Assembly (NCBI GenBank): GCA_025594325.1
Contig: JANHCV010000002.1
Span: 2,356,001 to 2,420,000, forward strand
Origin: Blastocladiella emersonii ATCC 22665
Taxonomy: Eukaryota; Fungi; Blastocladiomycota
Length of the DNA: 64,000 nucleotides
Direction: 5' to 3'
In this document: positions 25,142 through 36,807 of the stretch, in pieces
Position numbering within the stretch: the first letter of the stretch is position 1
Layout: each line of letters starts with the position of its first letter
The notes under the pieces: generated by a model
Database searches by the model: none
Seen by the model: only the letters and a program-made list of their open reading frames with translations
What the model was told of the DNA's origin: nothing
Program-made: the position numbers and the translations under genes

Positions 25142-28100
25142 ATGAATGCACCGAGTACTGCGATCGTGCCCGCGCCACGTGCGCACGCTGTCGCCGCCGC
25201 CGCCGTCTCCAGCGGGCCCATGACGCCGGCGATGATCGGGGCGGGTGCCGCGGCCGGCGGCGGGCGCGACGAGGCGGTCAAGGCGGTAGGCGACCGGCTC
25301 GGCAACATCAAGTCGAGCCTGACGAGCGAAGAGACGCAGCAGCACAGGGCGGCGATGAAGGGGCGCGCCAAGCTGCTGCAGCAGATTGAGGTCTACACGA
25401 CCAGCCCGGCGCTGCAGTTCGCCGTGCTCCCCGCCCTCGCCGTGTCCGAGCTGTGCCCTTCGTTCTATCGCGCGTTCCTGGCGTACGTGGCAGCAGGGGA
25501 ACAGTCACACGGTTGGCCCAACTGACCCGCTCGCTCCTCGCGTGCCTAGGATCGACAAGGTGCGCAAGGGCGCCCTGGACAACCTGCTCCAGGTCGGCGT
25601 CCTCTACTGCAAGATGCTGTCGATTGTCAACATCGTGACCGACCTGCGCGACCGCATGACGGGCTCCGCCGCCGACGCGCTGTCGACCCACCACCTCGAC
25701 CTGTTCGACATGAAGATCGAGCGCTCTGCGTCCACCATGGAGAAGGTGGTCACGGAGCTCGCCGCGTTTGCCGAAATGAACGTCGTCGACCAGACGATGA
25801 ACGCGGGGCTGCTCAATCGCGAGCTTGCCGACCTCGACGCTGTACGTTGCCCGCACCTACGTTCCACCCCGTCAGTCGCGTAGCTGACCAGCAAGGAATC
25901 GCGCCCCGTCATCTAGATCGTCGAGGAAATGCTCGCCGACCTGCACGCGCACTCGTCCGTGGCGTCGATGGCGGTCCAGCGTCGCATCGCGCGGTACACC
26001 GAGGAGACCATTGACCTGGCCAACGACAACAGCCAGCGCCTGTCCCGGCAGTCGGGTCGCGCCAACGACGCGCTGAAGCTGCTCAAGGTGCACCACAACG
26101 CTCAAGAGTCGCAGCTCGCAGTGGTGCGCCAGATCCGCGCCGCCGTGGACAACCTCAACCTCGGTGCCGCGTTCCTCACAGACGTCAACAACCCGCAGGT
26201 CGCCGCCGTGTGGAAGTACATGCTGCCGGTCGGCAGCTCGCTCGGCATGCCGCTCAAGGAGTTCGCCATGGCCCTTGGGCCCACCCTCGAGTCCAAATAC
26301 GCCGATTTCTTCAACGCGCGCGCGGACGTTGGCGCGCGTGATGTCGTCGAGCTCGCAGTGTGGCGCATCGCGTCGTCCGAATACGACCTGTTCTCGCTTG
26401 ACGACCTTGATATCGTGCGACGGTCCAGCGTCGACGACGATGCGGCAATGGTGTCCGCGATCCAGTTCAACGCGGCGTTCACGTACGAGGGCGAGGCCAT
26501 GACGCCCGCGCTCCCCGACTGGCTCGTGTGGAAGTACGCCGGGTGGGCCGTGGTCGCCGAGTCCAAGGTCGACGCGCTGCGCGCGCTCGCCGCCGACTTT
26601 ACGACCGGCCGGGTCGCGGCCGACGCGGCGGCGCAGCTGGCCGAGGTCACGCTAGCCCGGCTCCTCGACGCGTGGGAGCTCCTCGAGTCGCCCGTCCTCG
26701 AGTACGCGCGCTCGCTCGCACCCACTCTCCAGTGGTCCGCGTCGGGCAAGCTGCCGAAGCGCTTCAACCCGCTCATCACGTCGCTGACGGCGCTCTCCAA
26801 GGTGGTGGCGGACGCGCTCGCCGACGCGCGCGTCGCGGCGTGGGCCGACGACGACGACGCGGAGCAGATCGACGGGTGCGATCCAGCTGGCCGCCTGTTG
26901 GCGGAGGCGACCAAGCTGACGATGCAGTTCCCCGAGTCCCTGCGCGACGCGCAGATCAACCTGGTCGAGGCCGCCAAGCGCCTCGGACTCGTTGACGACA
27001 AGGCCGAGGACCTCACCTTCAGTCTCGACGCGCGCACTGCCGCGGCCAACGCGGCGACCGTCGTCCTGAAGACGCAGCTCGCAACCCTGACGGCGATCGA
27101 CGACCTGCTCATGACGCAGCAGGATCTCGCGCGGATGCAACTCTTGTTCGACTGGGCCGACGTGACGCGCGCGCCCGGCGGTGTGTCCGTGGTATGGGGC
27201 GACGCGCTGCTGTGCGGGTGCACGCCCGTCGAGGTGCTGCAGTGCCCGGCCAACCGCGCCACCGACGTGATCTCGACGCTCACGCTCGCGCTCGTCCCGC
27301 TCGCCCAGGCCGCCCACGTGCGCCGCGTTCTCGGGTTCCTGCCGCCGACCGCGGCATCGCACGGCGACTGGGGCATCGTCGTCGAGCGTGTGCAACGCAG
27401 CGTACGCGTCGCCGAGATGTCGCTGCTCCAGCGCGTGCAGGTCGTGTTTGACGTGGCCAACGGGCTGCGGGAGCTGCACCTCGCGACGAGCAAGGTGCAG
27501 TCCGAGATGGTACCCGTTGGGCTCACGGTGGCGCGGATCGCGTTCACGCGCAACGCGCTCGACAACACGATCGCCAAGCTGCCCGTGCCTGGGCTCGGGT
27601 CCGCGGACGCGGCGATGCCGCGCGTCAACGCGATGCAGGTCGACATGTTTGCCCTGGCGGACGTGGTGCGCGAGCTGTTTCTCTCGGGACGCGGCGACGG
27701 CGAGGACAGCGCGCTCGTGGCTCACATGCGCGAGCTGGTCAAGACCATTGAGGAGGGCAAGGCCATCAACGACGAGGGCGCGGCGCCGGGGCCGGCGCAA
27801 GTGGTTGGTGCGCTCAAGCCAGTGCTTGCACGGCTGCGCGCGTCGGCCGCGGCCTCGGTCGCCGGTAGCTCCACGGAAATCATTGCGCGCGATCTCGAGC
27901 GGCTCGACGGCATCGCGACGCACAACGCGACCATCATCAGCGCGACGGAGACGGCGTCATCGACATTCGGCAGCACCGACCTGACGTACGACGCGGCCCG
28001 CTCCCTGTACCAGTCGGCGATCCGGCCGCTCCAGATCTCGCGGTCGCTGTACGACCACCCGGACTACGACGTACACGCCGTGGTCCGACAGCTGCTGCGC

Positions 28101-28853
28101 GCCGGCATGTCGGGCCACGTACCGATGGCGCTGGTGACGGCGGCCGACCTGCACTATTTCGGCGCGGTCCCGCGCGCGTCCGGGGCTGATGTGCGCGCGT
28201 CGGCGTCGTGGGACATTGCGTTCGACCTGTACGACCGCGCCGCCAGCCAAGGGTGCGAGTACGCGTACGCGGGGCTCGGCGACCTGATCCTGTTCCAGCT
28301 CGGGTCCAGGTGGCGCAACCAGGCGCCGGCCAACGACGAGCCCGCGCGGCTCACGGCCGCGCTCGCGCTGTACGAGGGCGCGTTCGGCGAGGTCCACGAC
28401 CCGCGGTACGCGACCGAGTACACGGAGGTCCAGGTCGCGCGCGTGTACTGCGGGCGCGCCGACGTGCACTTTGCGCTGGGCGAGCTCGCGCTGGCCCGCG
28501 CGCGCGCTGCGGCGGCCCCCTGGACACCTGAGAGCGACACGGCCGTGTCTGCAGCCATGGTCGAGGCGAGCGAGCACCACGAGCGCGCGCTCGCCGACTA
28601 CCGGATCGCGCTCGCGCGGTTCCCTAACTGCAAGCGCGCGCTGGCGCGGCTCGCCGTGTTCGCAGCGCGCGGGCTCGCGGGAGAACCCGTCCGCTTCCAA
28701 GTGGCATCGGAGCGGCTCGCCGCGGCGCGGTCCGTGACGAACAGGCGCCGCGAGATGGAGGCGCGCCGCGAGATGTTCGCGGCCGTGGGCGACGAAGCGG
28801 CGCGCATGCGGGTCGAGGCGGAGCTTGCGGCGTACCCGATCCCCGACTTTTGA
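25142..28853 (+). CDS. Paralog B of the same architecture (~1189 aa), divergently transcribed from A
   Basis: Exons 25142-25482, 25550-25841, 25917-28853 (3570 nt). HVRRVLGF..WGIVVE..LLQRVQVVFDVANGLRELH..VDMFALADVVREL is a TKL-like scaffold without catalytic motifs. Sel1-like AFDLYDRAASQGCEYAYAGLGDL. Confidence 0.78.
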
Positions 28854-29036
28854 TGGATGGATGGGAATGGTTGCGTAATGCGTGGCGAACGTATGGATAC
28901 GACTTCATGTCATGTTCTGATCGACCGTGTGATGCAGGCCGCGAGAGATCCAATTCACACAAGTTTCGCGAGAGATTATCTTTACTTCAGCGCTTGTATC
29001 CATGAGCACATTGCTCCTCGTCCGGGAATCAATCAG

Positions 29037-29984
29037 TCAAGCAAGCGCTTCGAGCAGGTGGCGCACCTTGGCGAGCGCGGATCGAACCATGGGCACGACG
29101 TCAACGGGCATCGGATCCTCGGCGGCTTTCGCGAGCTGGAGCGAGAGATTCGCCACGTCGGTAACGATGCCGCCATCCTTGGGACCGAACACGGTCGCGC
29201 ACTTGAGGTCGCTGAGAAGGCCGCTGAGCGCCAGCAGCTCGACGACCGCGCGGTACATGGGCTTGTCGGCGCGCGAGGCTGGGAAGCACATCCACGTCAC
29301 GTCGATCTGCGCGGTCAGGTCCGGCAGCGACACGTACACCAACTCGGGCTCCAGGCGCAGCGCGTGGCCGCGGAAGGTCGAGGGCAGCCGCTTGGCGGCG
29401 CGCGCGTGCCACACCAGCACGCCCTCGAGCACGTCGCGGAACCACGACAGGGACAGGCGCGGCGTCAGCGGCATCGTCGCCGGGTCGAGCGCCGCGCGCA
29501 GGTCGAGCGGCATGGCGCCTGTGCGTGGCTCGCCGCCGGTCCGAGGGGCGGGCGACGCGTTGCTCGCGGCGGTGGCGGCGGTCTTGCCGGCTTTGTCCCA
29601 CTTGGCCAGCAGGTCCTTGATCGAGCCGGCGCCCGCGGGCGTCGAGACAAGCAACGTGTCTTTGTCGGTGCCGGTAGACGCGATCGCGTCGATGGGGACG
29701 ACGTGCGGGTGAGCCGCAGCGAAGGCGGCGAGCGCGGCGAGGTCGTGTAGCAGCGGCATGCTTCCGTCGGGCTCGGCGGTGATGGCGCGGAGCACGATCG
29801 GCGTGTTGCTGGGGCCGCGCACGGCCGTCCACTGCGTGGGCGACGTGTTCTTGTCGGCGTCGATGGTGGCGCGGGCGCGGAACGCCTCGACGGGGCACCA
29901 CAGCGCGCCGAGGTAGCTCTCATGCAGCGCCGTCGCGACCGCCTCGAGGACCTTGCCGGCGTCGGGGCCCGTGAATCCTAGCAT
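29037..29984 (-). CDS. Stand-alone kinase-fold pseudoenzyme (315 aa)
   Basis: HPHVVPIDAI, GAGSIKDLL and SWFRDVLEGVLVWH echo kinase subdomains IV-VIa; no GxGxxG, HRD or DFG. Confidence 0.55.
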   Translation of the reverse strand: MLGFTGPDAGKVLEAVATALHESYLGALWCPVEAFRARATIDADKNTSPTQWTAVRGPSNTPIVLRAITAEPDGSMPLLHDLAALAAFAAAHPHVVPIDAIASTGTDKDTLLVSTPAGAGSIKDLLAKWDKAGKTAATAASNASPAPRTGGEPRTGAMPLDLRAALDPATMPLTPRLSLSWFRDVLEGVLVWHARAAKRLPSTFRGHALRLEPELVYVSLPDLTAQIDVTWMCFPASRADKPMYRAVVELLALSGLLSDLKCATVFGPKDGGIVTDVANLSLQLAKAAEDPMPVDVVPMVRSALAKVRHLLEALA

Positions 29985-30207
29985 GTTCGTTTTACGTTGA
30001 ATGGAGGGTGGTTTCTTTGTGTTCCGTGCCTAAAGAGAGGAAGAGAGGGCGAAGAAGCGAGACGGGGAAAATGGGGTCCCGCCGACTTTACTGTTCGCGG
30101 CGAGGGAGACACGGCGATCCAGCGGCTGACGCGCCCCTCAAAACCCGTGCGCTCCCCTCGACCCTCGAGTACTCTTCTCTAGCCAACCCGCTCAGCTGCA
30201 ACGTATC

Positions 30208-30960
30208 ATGCTCGCCGCCTCGCCTCCCGCCTCAACTGGTCCCGCGCCGCAGACGGACCTCGCGCCGCCCGCCGAGGGCTACCCGTACCTCGCCGTGGCC
30301 ATGGCGGGTTCCTCGACGCCCGTCAAGCCCGGCACGCTGCTGCAGCTCGACCGCGGCACTCCGAAGCTCGCCAACCTCGCCGACTGGGCTCAGCCCAGCA
30401 TGCAGGCGTCGCTGCGGCCCATCGTGGGCAGCGCCGTCAAGGATCCCGCCACGCCCGCCGACCTGCCGCGCCTCGCCGCCGAGAAGGCCGTCATGGCCGT
30501 CCACTTTCCTGGGTCGCGCATCTACTTTGTCAACGTCGGCGGCTACCGGCTGTTTGCGAGCATGCGGGCATACTCGAACCAGGCCTGGACGCTCTTGGTA
30601 CGTTCGCTTCGCGCTCTCGTTGTCCTGCTCCACTTGGCGGCTCACTCCCTCGTCCTTTTTCGATCTGTCGAGTAGGAGATGCAGGGCCACCCCGACGTCT
30701 ACGCGCTCGTATCCAACGCCAAGCCCGAGTTTGCATTCGGCATCAAGGACGGCAAGCTCGCCATGGTCCCCGTCACCGAGCCCGAGTCGCTCATTGGCGT
30801 CAAGCTCGCCTACCACGCGTCGCCGGTCCCCAAGGTCGACATTAAGGCCGCGCCCGCTGCTGCTCCCCGCGTTCCCGCGCAGCCGGCACAGGCCCGTCCC
30901 GCTGCCGCCGCGCCAGCCCGCCCCGCTGTCGTCGCGCCGCCCGTGCCTGCTGCGCCCGGC

Positions 30961-30994
<34 letters not shown>

Positions 30995-32289
30995 CCGCTG
31001 CCGCCGCTGCGACCGCCGCCGCGGCCAAGAAGCTCGCGCCCATGGTCCCGATCGCGGCCGAGAACGTGGCCGCCGCCATCAAGTCGGGCGAGCTGTCGTC
31101 GGCGCTTGACGAGCTCCGCGAGAAGGGCAACCACGGCGTCGAGATCACCGTGCCCTTCGCTGTCCAGTACAAGGACCGCGAGCAGTACATTCTGGCCGAG
31201 TCCGTCGCGGACCCGTCAGGCACCAACCTGATGGTCGGCAAGGTCGACCCGCTGCGCGAGGGCGCCAAGCTCGCCTTCTTCGAGTTCTTTGCCCTGGTCG
31301 AGGACCCCGACGACGCCGAGAACCCCGAGGGCCACAAGAAGACGTCGCTCAAGCCCTACGACAGCAAGCAGGCGCGCGACCAGCAGGTCGTCATCCACCT
31401 GCCCCGCACCAAGCAGCTCCTCGCCGCGCACGCGAACGGCCGCTTCTTCGCGACCGAGGACATCAACTCGCAGGAGGTGCTGTGGCGGATCATCAAGGAC
31501 CCGTCGTCGCAGCTCGCCGTGTCGCTGATCCACGTCAAGTCCAACAAGCGCCTCGTCATTGAAAAGTCCAAGTCGGGCCGCCTCGCCCGCAGCGCGCCGC
31601 TCGCCGCGCGCCTCACCGGCGACGCCTCGCGCCCCGCCGACGAGAACTCGATCTTCACCCTGTGCCTCGAGCGCCAGGCCTGCGTCGACCTGCAGCACCA
31701 GGCCCGCGGCCTCCAGACCTTCAAGGAGCGCCTGCGCGAGAACGCCAGCATCATCTCGCCGTTCGCCATGGCGGCCAGCGCCATCGCCGGCCTCAGCGCC
31801 ACGGCCGTCAACCTCATGTCCAACAACGGCGGCGGGTTTGCTCGTGGCGGCGGCGACAACGACACGGGCGTGGGCGCTACTGGTGCCGGCATGCTCGCGC
31901 CGGGCTACGGCGAGACGACGTCGCGCCAGCAGCGTGACGAGGGGAACAGCGCGACCCAGGACACGACGCAGGATTCGGCCGCGTACTACGGTCCCGCCTC
32001 GGGCAACGGCAACGGCTACGAGGACGTTGGCATGTCCTGGGACGACTATCGGCCGTCCGGGTGGGCGCACCAGCAGATTGACGAGAACCGTCACGGCGTG
32101 TCCAGCGAGGCGCTGACGATGGACACGACTGCATCGGCCGAGCCCATGTGGCACTTTGAGGAGAGCGCTGGCATCGCCATGCCCGCGGGTGCTTTCATTG
32201 AGCCGGTAGAATCCACCGTTGACGACGGGGGCGACTTTATGGTCGACATGGCTGATTTTGAGGCTGATGATGGCAACGATGGTGAGTAG
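30208..32289 (+). CDS. Hypothetical protein with poly-Q/A linker and a possible beta-rich (trefoil-like) domain
   Basis: Exons 30208-30597 and 30676-32289 (78-nt GTACGT..TAG intron); strong GC3 codon bias; (CAG)10 at 30964-30993. Confidence 0.7.
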
Positions 32290-32669
32290 ATCCATGTGCG
32301 CATCTCATCGCTCCTCCCTCTCCGCTTCTTATACCTATACCTTTGCCTCAAAATGCAAATATGGCTGTTTACATATCTATTTTCTATCGGCTCGAGCTTC
32401 CGAAAGTGTTCTCTCACGCGAGGATCAGGCTAGATCACGCCTGGAAGGTTGAAGTTCCAGCGCGGACTTGACGGGCGAATCGCAGCGGCGAACAACTGAC
32501 GAGAACGGTAGAAACTCACCTGTCAAGGCTAGGTTCACGTTCAACAGTAGGTTTCCTTGAGTTTACTGTCAGCAACTTGATCTCATGAGGTTCCGCGTAG
32601 AAGTAGGAAGCACCTCGAGTCTCACACCGCGGCTCCATCCTGTCTACTCTCACCCTCGCAGCTGTCACG

Positions 32670-34022
32670 ATGGAGCTGACGCTGGCGCTCGCTGAGGCGC
32701 CACCTGCTGACACCGAGCAGGAGATCAAGTTCGACCTGTCGCGCATGGCACGCTCGCTCAAGAAGGCGCAGGACCTGCTGGAGGCCGTCGCCGGGCACTT
32801 CCTGATGCGCCACGCCTCGTCCGCGGCCGTGGCCAAGGGCGCCGTGGCACATCTCCGCGCCCTGATCGGCGCGTCGCCCGAATCGGACCTCGACTTCTCG
32901 CGCGACCTCGCCCAGCCGTACCTGACTGCGCTCGTCACGCACGCGGTGCTGGCCGCGGTCTCTGGGTGGTTCCCGACCACGTCCGACGCCGCGGACCACG
33001 CGCGCGCCGTGTGGCAGATGGTCGAGACGCACGTCAAACCGCCGGGCAAGCCGATGCCGCGCGTGTGGACACAGGCCGTGGCCGCAGTCGTCGCCCGCGT
33101 CTGCACCATCTTCGACGGGCTCGAACTCACAACCGATGACGAGGATGTGATCCACGCCGCCGTCATGGGCAGCGTGCGCGTGGTCGCGGCCATGCGCGTC
33201 GCTCACCCGGGCTTCACGCTGCACTGGGTCCCCGCTGGCAGCGAGGTGCACATCGACGAGGTACATTACCCAGTCCCGACGATCGCGAGCAAGTTTGCCA
33301 GCGACGGCGGCAGCGAGACGGACGAGATGGTCGAGCCGATCACGCGCATCGCATTCACCAAGTTCCCGCGCGTCGTGGCCCCCGCCGACCTCGATATGGG
33401 CGGTGCCGACGAGATCGACGAATGGAAGCACATGTTCCGCGTGTCCGCATTCGCGTACGAAGTGACAGCGACTGACGCTGCTCACACGGTAGCGGTCGGC
33501 GAGGCAGCGCTCACCGTGCCAGGTCCCGACGCGTTCACGGGCCCGCCGCCTGCTATCGAATCGGCTCACAAATCCAAGTCGGCCGCGATTGCCAAGGCAC
33601 TCGCGTCGCACGCGGTCGCCAACCGCGCCGCCGCATCGCCCGCTGCGCCAGCGCCGCACGAGTCGACCACACTCATCCCGGCCGCAACGCATCCGCTGGC
33701 CACCCCGAACGCGCCCATCTACGCGATGCCGGTGCCTTCGGTCCTGAAGCCGGTCCACCCGAGCGGGGCGGCGCTGCCGGACACCACTGCACCGCCGAAC
33801 AACGTGGACGGTGAGGTCGAGGACAACTATGTGGCGGGCGCGCCGCAGCTGACGGCGTCCGACCTCAAGCACGCGCACGACGAGCGCGACAAGCGTGATG
33901 AGCACGACGGGCAGATGCAGTTGCAGATGCAGGTCGCCTCCGCACTGCTCATCGCTGACCAGATGGCGCTGGCGGCGTATGATGTGCCGGTTGACGAGGC
34001 GGACGACGGATTCGACCGTTGA
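32670..34022 (+). CDS. Hypothetical protein (450 aa), helical domain plus HPxFxLxW...FP motif shared with 42777-44447
   Basis: Uninterrupted ORF with coding-like codon usage; AHPGFTLHWVPAGSEVHIDE...RIAFTKFPRV. Confidence 0.7.
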   Translation: MELTLALAEAPPADTEQEIKFDLSRMARSLKKAQDLLEAVAGHFLMRHASSAAVAKGAVAHLRALIGASPESDLDFSRDLAQPYLTALVTHAVLAAVSGWFPTTSDAADHARAVWQMVETHVKPPGKPMPRVWTQAVAAVVARVCTIFDGLELTTDDEDVIHAAVMGSVRVVAAMRVAHPGFTLHWVPAGSEVHIDEVHYPVPTIASKFASDGGSETDEMVEPITRIAFTKFPRVVAPADLDMGGADEIDEWKHMFRVSAFAYEVTATDAAHTVAVGEAALTVPGPDAFTGPPPAIESAHKSKSAAIAKALASHAVANRAAASPAAPAPHESTTLIPAATHPLATPNAPIYAMPVPSVLKPVHPSGAALPDTTAPPNNVDGEVEDNYVAGAPQLTASDLKHAHDERDKRDEHDGQMQLQMQVASALLIADQMALAAYDVPVDEADDGFDR

Positions 34023-34604
34023 ATCTGCGTTGAATTGTTTCATGCAATGTGTTCATGCTTCATTTTGCGGCTTGAGGGAGAAGGGAGGGGAGGAGCGGAG
34101 GGACGCGCCTCAAGGCGCACGCCGAGTTGCGCGCGCGTCACGCGGCCCGTTGCTCTCCCGACCCGAGAAGCGCATGAGAGCGAATGCATTGAGAGCGACG
34201 CCGTAACTTGCTGCAACACATTTATGATCGCACGTCGTAACAGGTTGTGTCGCCGGCCGAGCGCGATCCCGACCCCGCAGTCCATGGATGCCTCGCATGG
34301 ATCTGGTCGTCAGGCCGGGCCCCACGAGGACACAGTGCCCAGTCGCACGGCGTGGAAATCGTGGGCAGCCCATCCGGACTGCCGGGACAAGGGCGACGTG
34401 GGAGTGCGGTGAGTGCGGTGAGGGCGACGGCCGTTGTTTACAAGCCTACCTTTGTTCCATAATCGGGCGTACTACGACTCGCTGAGTTCAAGAGCGCCGC
34501 GGCCGCCCCGTCGCTTTCCTTTCTCTCGCCCGCGACGTCGCCAGCATTGTCGTCGCCCCTCCCTCGCGCTCTGCTTAACAAGTTCGACGCGCACCACGGC
34601 CTTC

Positions 34605-36424
34605 ATGACGCGCGCCTTCTTCGCCATCGTCCTCGCGGCGATCCTAGGCTTTGTTGCCCGCGCGGCGCCGCCCGCGCAGATCCTCGTCGACGACTTTTCG
34701 CTGTCCAACTCCTCGCCCATCAACAACCTCGGCTTCTCGCGCGTCGGCAAGTCGGTCACGCTCGCCAATGGCGCTGCTCTTGGTGTTCGTATCGCTCGCC
34801 CCTGCACCAGCATTGTCATCCCCGAAGACTCGGCTGACCCAAAACAACTCGTCCGTGTGTAGGTCGGCGGGCAGTGGACCGAGGTTGTCGCGCCGGCCAA
34901 CACCTGCTTCAACGTGGACATGCTGTACTTCAGCTACGAGGCGCCCTCACCCAGCGCGGCGCTGCTCGTCGCGTTCCAGAACCGCGACGCCGCGTGCTCG
35001 ACTGCCAACATGCACTACTACTGGACGTTCAAGGCCAACGCTCCGCAGGGAACCGTCTCGATTCCGGTGAGCGCGTTCCAGTTGGTCAACGGGACCTTCG
35101 CCGACGGGTCGCGCGCCAACGCTTTTATGTGGTCGGGCGCAACCGGGTACAAGATCAGCAACATCCGCATCGCTGGATCCGCGCGCGGAGCGCCCGCTGC
35201 TTCCGCGACCAGCGCGACCGCCACCTCGACGCTCTTTACGCCAACGACTTCAACGACAACGTCCACGTCTACGTTCTCCACTACCTGGTCGTATACCCCG
35301 AGTTTCTCCTCCAGCACCACGGCTTCTTCGCTGGCTACGTGGACCACCTCTGCGTCAACCAGTTCTGCAACCACCTCCGACACCTCCTCGTCCTCGCGCT
35401 CTGTCTCGACCTCTTCCAGTTCCTCCAGCGCCTCAACCACCACTTCGCGCTTTCTGTCGACCACGACTTCGACGACTCTCTCTGGCGACCTCACGGGCAC
35501 TACCGGCACCGCCACCCAGTCTGCGTCAAGTCCGTCTTGGACCGGGACCCTTCCCAACGATTCGGCGGGTAGCGCGAGCGCGGCTACCGCGGCGGTCACG
35601 GCTTCCACTCTTCCCGTCGATCTCACGGGCGGCGTAAGCTCCACGCCCTCGTTCACGGCTTCCACTCTTCCCGCCGATCTCACGGCTGGCGTGAGCTCCA
35701 CGCCCTCGTTCACGGCTTCCACTCTTCCCGCTGATCTCACGAGCGGCGTGAGCTTCACGACCCCGTTCACGGCTTCGACGGTCATCTTCTCGCCCACAAC
35801 CGCGACTACGACCGCGACCACCACTGCTCCGCCGGTCCCTACGACCACCGCCAGCTCCAGGACGGCATCCGCCTCGACCACCACTTCTACGACGACGACC
35901 GCGCCGGCAACGCCAACGGACGCGAGCGGCCGCTGCGTGCTCGCGTCGTCGGCGGTGCAGTGCTCTGGCCTCCGCCTGGGCCCCGGCGGCCAGTGCTGCT
36001 CGCAGTACGGATGGTGCGGCACCTCGGCGCAGTACTGCAAGTTTGGTACGCGACTCATTACGCTTGCAAGAACGCGTGCTGATCCCGAGCCTAACCCTTC
36101 CCTCGCGACCCATCGCTAGGATGCAAGAGCCAGTGCAACAAGCGCCCGATTCCGAAACTGCCCAAGTGCGACAGCCGCTCGCCCAACCCGTCGCCCACGG
36201 CTACGACGCCCAGCCCGCCGTCAGACGGAACGGGCGTCCCCGGTTCGCCCAACCGCCGCTGCATCCTGCCCGTCGGCGCCAGCCAGTGCTCGGTCAACCA
36301 GCTGTGCCCGTCCGGCATGTGCTGCTCGCAGTACGGGTGGTGCGGGATCTCGGCTGCCTACTGTGGCAGAGGCTGCCTCGGCCAGTGCAACAAGAAGCCC
36401 GTGACCGGACTTCCTTCGTGCTAG
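34605..36424 (+). CDS. Secreted protein: signal peptide, beta-sandwich (CBM-like) domain, Ser/Thr linker, two hevein/CBM18 chitin-binding domains
   Basis: Exons 34605-34784, 34863-36045, 36120-36424. Signal [20 protein letters not shown]; [17 protein letters not shown]|GCKSQC and [23 protein letters not shown]. Confidence 0.85.
35597..35777 (+). repeat. 57-bp coding tandem repeat ([19 protein letters not shown]), just over 3 units
   Basis: CACGGCTTC unit starts at 35597, 35654, 35711, 35768. Confidence 0.9.
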
Positions 36425-36807
36425 TTGCTGGTCGCTCTCCAAAGCTCTTTGTTTTCTTTCTCGCTCTTGCTGCTTGTCGTTTGGTTCATCTTCTCCTCTA
36501 TTGATACATTTTGTGATGCAGCTCCTCAACTATGCACTCGAATCATTTTGAAAGCGACCACAGGATAGTGCGAGTGGTCGGCAAGCAGGACGCTCTTGCG
36601 AATTGAGGCGGAACCGCGAGGTGGGAGAGACGCGTCGGTCGTTCCACGTGATGACGTTCGACTAGACGCGCTCTTCGGTTCGAAAACGATGACGGTTCTG
36701 GCTCGAAGGGGGACCAGTAACGGCCGAGCTTACTGTTCAACCTTTGCTCCTTGGTTTAAAAGTGGTGCCCTGTCCGCCGGCGAATCTCGCTCTCCAACAG
36801 CGTTACA

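Noticed and set aside
15730-31020. CAG/GCT microsatellites as independent elements
   Set aside because: They are in-frame poly-Q/poly-A tracts of ordinary disordered protein regions.
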